Source of the DNA: Lachnoclostridium sp. UBA2905
GTDB lineage: Bacteria; Bacillota; Clostridia; Lachnospirales; Lachnospiraceae
DNA length: 64,000 bases
Direction of reading: 5' to 3'
Assembly: GCA_002349525.1 (NCBI GenBank)
Contig: DEDL01000032.1
Coordinates: 60,737 to 124,736, forward strand
The number at the start of each line of letters is the position of its first letter. Within the stretch, counting starts at the first letter, position 1. The notes under the pieces are model-generated. The model did not search any database. It was not told the DNA's origin and was given only the letters and a program-made list of their open reading frames with translations. Shown piece by piece: positions 60,787 to 64,000 of this stretch. A program made the position numbers and the translations under genes.

Positions 60787-63045
60787 ATGAAGAGAAAGGA
60801 AATTTTAGCGGGAGCTCTTGCCATGGCAATGACCGTTTCAATGCTTGGCGGTATTAACACAGGCATGAGCGCTTCTGCAGCTAAGGCACCTAAACTTAGC
60901 GCAAAATCAAAAAGTGCTGAAGCAGGCACATCATTTACTCTTAAGGTAAAGAATAACGGCACAAAAATTGTTAAGACAACATGGAAGACAAGCAAGAAGA
61001 AGTTTGTCACAATCAGCAAGAAGAAGAAAACATCAGTAAAGGTCAAAGCGAAGGCCGAAGGTTCCAGTGTTGTTTCTGCAAAAGTGAAGTTTAAGGCAGG
61101 AAAGAAAACTGCAACCAGGACTCTTAAGTGCAAGGTAAAGGTTGTAGCTGCTGAAGCAAAACAGACTACACCAACACAGGCACCTGCAGGTGGTCAGGTG
61201 ACTACACCAACACAGGCATCTGTACAGGCTAACCCAACAGCTGAGCCAACACCAACTCCAAAACCGGATTATTATGAATATGATTATTTTGGAATGTATG
61301 ATGGAAGTAAGGCTACATCACCTGAGAACATCTATGTTAACTTCGTATTATCTGATTCATGGCAGACTAATACAAAGCTTTCAGCTATCGAATCTGTTGA
61401 TCTTAAGATGGATTCAAGCCAGAGCTTTGATGTAGATGTTTACGTAGCTGAGTATGACTGTGATATTAACAGCAATGGTAAAAAGATAGCAACTATAACA
61501 CTTGATGGTACAAAGGGACAGGAAATTTCATTAACTGATGAGATTAAGGGTAACAAAGAGATAGCAGCATTTGACAGTACAGGAAACGGAAGAATTTCAT
61601 TCGGTTTTGCTCCTGCAGATGGCAAAGGCAAATTTGTTATTCATGACATGTATGTAAATTATCACAATAATAATACTAATGAGATATCACATCACAAGGC
61701 TGCAATCAGCGTTGAGACAAGTTCAATCGGTGCAGCTAAGACTAAGTACAATGAGGATAAGAAGGCTGCTGAAGATGCAGAAGAATCATTTAGCAAAACC
61801 TTGAATGATTATATTGCAGAGTACCCTGCAGGACTTATCGAGGTACGTCCTAAGGATGCAACTGATGCAATCAATAATTATTCAAGTATGGCTGAGCTTA
61901 CAGAAGCAAAGGGATATAAGTTTGGTACATGTGTTACATATAACCTTATTAAGAACGATCCTGAGTTCTGTAAACTTCTTGCACATCATTGTGACAGTAT
62001 AACTGCAATGAACGAGTTCAAGGCATATTCACTCCTTGACTATGATGCTTCTGTTGCAGCATATACAGATGAAACCTCAATGCCTGTTATGAGATATCAG
62101 AAGGCTGATGAGATATGTGAATGGGCAAGAGCCAACAATCTTAAGATTCGTGGTCATGCACTTGTATGGGATAACTCAATGAAGGAGTGGTTCTTTAAGA
62201 AGGGCTTCAGCAAGGAAGATAATGCTGAATTCTCATCAAATGATGTGTGCCGTGAACGTCTTAAATATTATGTTGACCAGGTAATGCGTCATTTCCAGGA
62301 GAAGTATCCTGATGTTGTATACTGCTGGGATGTTGTTAATGAAGGAATTGACGAGAACAGTGGTGACAAGCTTAAGATAAGACAGAACCGTGGAGCACAG
62401 AACTTATTCTATTATCACTGCTCATCCAAAGCTAATGGCAAGGGTGAGAACTATGTTAAGTTTACATTCGACTGTGCATATGATACACGTGAAGCAATGA
62501 TTAATGAAGGTTTACTTTCAGAAAGATCAAAGATTGAACTTGTATACAATGATTATAATGTAATTGAAGCCAATAAGCGACCATATATCAAGAAGCTTGT
62601 TGAATCACTTAACAGTGATCCAAACAGACAGATATGTGACTCAGTAGGATGCCAGGGTTACCTTGGTGCTTACCAGAAACAGCAGGGTTGTCTGACTCAG
62701 GACTGGGTAGACAAGACAACAACAACTATTAAAGAGTTCTCATCAATGTCACCAAGCGTACATGTACAGCTTACAGAAATGGCAATGAGAAACTTTGACT
62801 GGGATGCTCTTGATGATCATGGAACATTTGCAGCTAATCTCTTTAATGCACTTGCTGATATTAACTCAGAGACTGACAATTCATTTACAAGTATGTCAAT
62901 ATGGGCATTCATCGACGACCCTGTAATGAACAAGGTTGAGGAAAGCTTTGACTACTGGCAGTACGCTCCATTCAGTGGACTGTTTGATGATGTTTACAGA
63001 GTAAAGCCTGCATTTATCAATGCACATGAAATACTTAGTAAGTAA
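60787..63045 (+). CDS. Secreted modular GH10 endo-1,4-beta-xylanase
   Basis: Signal peptide; Lys-rich Ig-like N-domain; P/T linker; GH10 motifs 'TAMNEFK', 'IRGHALVW', 'WDVVNE', 'YNDYN', 'GCQGY', 'QLTEM'. Confidence 0.93.
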   Translation: MKRKEILAGALAMAMTVSMLGGINTGMSASAAKAPKLSAKSKSAEAGTSFTLKVKNNGTKIVKTTWKTSKKKFVTISKKKKTSVKVKAKAEGSSVVSAKVKFKAGKKTATRTLKCKVKVVAAEAKQTTPTQAPAGGQVTTPTQASVQANPTAEPTPTPKPDYYEYDYFGMYDGSKATSPENIYVNFVLSDSWQTNTKLSAIESVDLKMDSSQSFDVDVYVAEYDCDINSNGKKIATITLDGTKGQEISLTDEIKGNKEIAAFDSTGNGRISFGFAPADGKGKFVIHDMYVNYHNNNTNEISHHKAAISVETSSIGAAKTKYNEDKKAAEDAEESFSKTLNDYIAEYPAGLIEVRPKDATDAINNYSSMAELTEAKGYKFGTCVTYNLIKNDPEFCKLLAHHCDSITAMNEFKAYSLLDYDASVAAYTDETSMPVMRYQKADEICEWARANNLKIRGHALVWDNSMKEWFFKKGFSKEDNAEFSSNDVCRERLKYYVDQVMRHFQEKYPDVVYCWDVVNEGIDENSGDKLKIRQNRGAQNLFYYHCSSKANGKGENYVKFTFDCAYDTREAMINEGLLSERSKIELVYNDYNVIEANKRPYIKKLVESLNSDPNRQICDSVGCQGYLGAYQKQQGCLTQDWVDKTTTTIKEFSSMSPSVHVQLTEMAMRNFDWDALDDHGTFAANLFNALADINSETDNSFTSMSIWAFIDDPVMNKVEESFDYWQYAPFSGLFDDVYRVKPAFINAHEILSK

Positions 63046-63081
63046 TCCTGTATGATGCATAATAAGATACGGAAATAGTAG

Positions 63082-63133
63082 ATTCCCTTTACGGTTTAAG
63101 GCTTCATAAAAGCTTGCTGTAAAGGGAATTTTT
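63082..63133 (+). terminator. Terminator after GH10
   Basis: ATTCCCTTTAC / GTAAAGGGAAT plus T-run. Confidence 0.75.
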
Positions 63134-63153
63134 GCTGTAAAACAAAAAAACAC

Positions 63154-63182
63154 TTGACGTAAATATTATCAAAAATTATAAT
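63154..63182 (+). promoter_or_regulatory. SigA promoter of the small RHH gene
   Basis: TTGACG-17 bp-TATAAT. Confidence 0.8.
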
Positions 63183-63227
63183 GTTAATATGTAGTTGTAA
63201 ACAGAATGAAATGGGAGATGATTAAGG

Positions 63228-63407
63228 ATGGCGAGAACTGGCAGACCAAAGGGAACTAACAATAAGAATGTGATCTGTTCATTAAGAATGGATGAGGCTA
63301 CAAAGACCAGACTTGAAGAATATTGTAAAAGAATGAAGGTCGTTAAGTCAGCGGCTTTAAGACACGCAATTGATTTGCTTGCTGAAGAAGAGGAAAAGAA
63401 CAAATAA
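63228..63407 (+). CDS. Small ribbon-helix-helix (CopG-like) DNA-binding protein, 59 aa (absent from ORF track)
   Basis: Translated by hand: MARTGRPKGTNNKNVICSLRMDEATKTRLEEYCKRMKVVKSAALRHAIDLLAEEEEKNK; has its own promoter and terminator. Confidence 0.78.
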   Translation: MARTGRPKGTNNKNVICSLRMDEATKTRLEEYCKRMKVVKSAALRHAIDLLAEEEEKNK

Positions 63408-63447
63408 TACAGCATTTTCTTTTCTATTTGACGGAGATAAACGGAAG

Positions 63448-63491
63448 ATGAGCTGATACTTAAGCGAAGATGCTTAGGACAGCTCATTTTT
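63448..63491 (+). terminator. Terminator after the RHH gene
   Basis: ATGAGCTG / CAGCTCAT with inner TAAGC/GCTTA pairing, plus TTTT. Confidence 0.65.
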
Positions 63492-63562
63492 ATCTCATTG
63501 ATTTAAAGACTTATTATAAGCCTTACCTACTGTATGATAAGGCATGGTATGGGAGAATAGTT

Positions 63563-64000
63563 ATGTATGACGTAACTTCTATGAAGGCAGAGGAGTTTAT
63601 CTGCCATGAAGAGATATTGGAATCATTGAAGTATGCTGATGAGAATAAGGATAATATTCCGCTGATAGATTCCATAATTGAAAAGGCAAAACTTAGAAGG
63701 GGACTTAATCACAGAGAGGCTTCTGTTCTTTTAGCCTGTGATAAGCCGGAAAAGATTAAAGAGATATATGATCTGGCAGAACAGATCAAGAAGGATTTTT
63801 ATGGTAACAGGATAGTAATGTTTGCGCCACTTTATTTGTCCAATTATTGTGTTAATGGATGTGTATATTGTCCATATCATGCTAAGAACAGACATATTCC
63901 AAGGAAAAAGCTTACGATGGAGGAAGTGAAGAAGGAAGTAACCGCACTCCAGGATATGGGACATAAGAGACTTGCCATAGAGGCAGGGGAAGACCCTGTG
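63563..64000 (+). CDS. hydG: [FeFe]-hydrogenase maturase HydG (ThiH/HydG radical SAM), 5' part
   Basis: Translated by hand: MYDVTSMKAEEFI...'FYGNRIVMFAPLYLSNYCVNGCVYCPY'...'GHKRLAIEAGEDP'; runs off the window. Confidence 0.88.
   Translation, partial: MYDVTSMKAEEFICHEEILESLKYADENKDNIPLIDSIIEKAKLRRGLNHREASVLLACDKPEKIKEIYDLAEQIKKDFYGNRIVMFAPLYLSNYCVNGCVYCPYHAKNRHIPRKKLTMEEVKKEVTALQDMGHKRLAIEAGEDPV

Noticed and set aside
60663-61133. 156-aa antisense hydrophobic ORF
   Set aside because: Shadow of the Lys/Ala-rich N-terminus of the GH10 gene.
63176-63487. 103-aa minus-strand ORF
   Set aside because: Antisense to the better-supported RHH ORF, which has a promoter and terminator.
1-64000. tRNA, rRNA, prophage, integrase or defence genes
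   Set aside because: No T-arm/cloverleaf motifs, phage or integrase proteins, or defence domains were recognised; the remaining overlapping ORFs in the track are antisense or off-frame shadows of core genes.

Overview
AT-rich (roughly 38% GC by eye) chromosomal segment. Gene content and order suggest a fibre-degrading Clostridia member, probably Lachnospiraceae (inference). It is almost all core or housekeeping genes: uvrC, ygiQ, PBP1A, yigZ, rarA, birA/bioYDA, eda, recA-recX-rny, lysA, relA-MBL-hemZ-HD-GYP-aspS, galM, azlCD, nadABC-niaR, porCDAB, citrate synthase, ABC-F, garK-gntP, sbcDC, a feoAB fusion, GH39 and GH10 xylan enzymes, and the start of hydG. I saw no prophage, intact IS, CRISPR array, tRNA or rRNA. 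The most unusual element is a T-box-like leader (about 43430-43670) upstream of porCDAB. It has a well-formed Stem I (probable Ile AUC specifier), Stem II, Stem IIA/B and a terminator, but no recognisable T-box/antiterminator motif. Other oddities: an orphan IS200/IS605-type end hairpin before garK, a PBP1A tail that continues in frame past a TAG, an unannotated 59-aa RHH-type gene, and several 12-16 bp tandem arrays next to stop codons or in leaders. All product calls come from motif recognition, not database searches.
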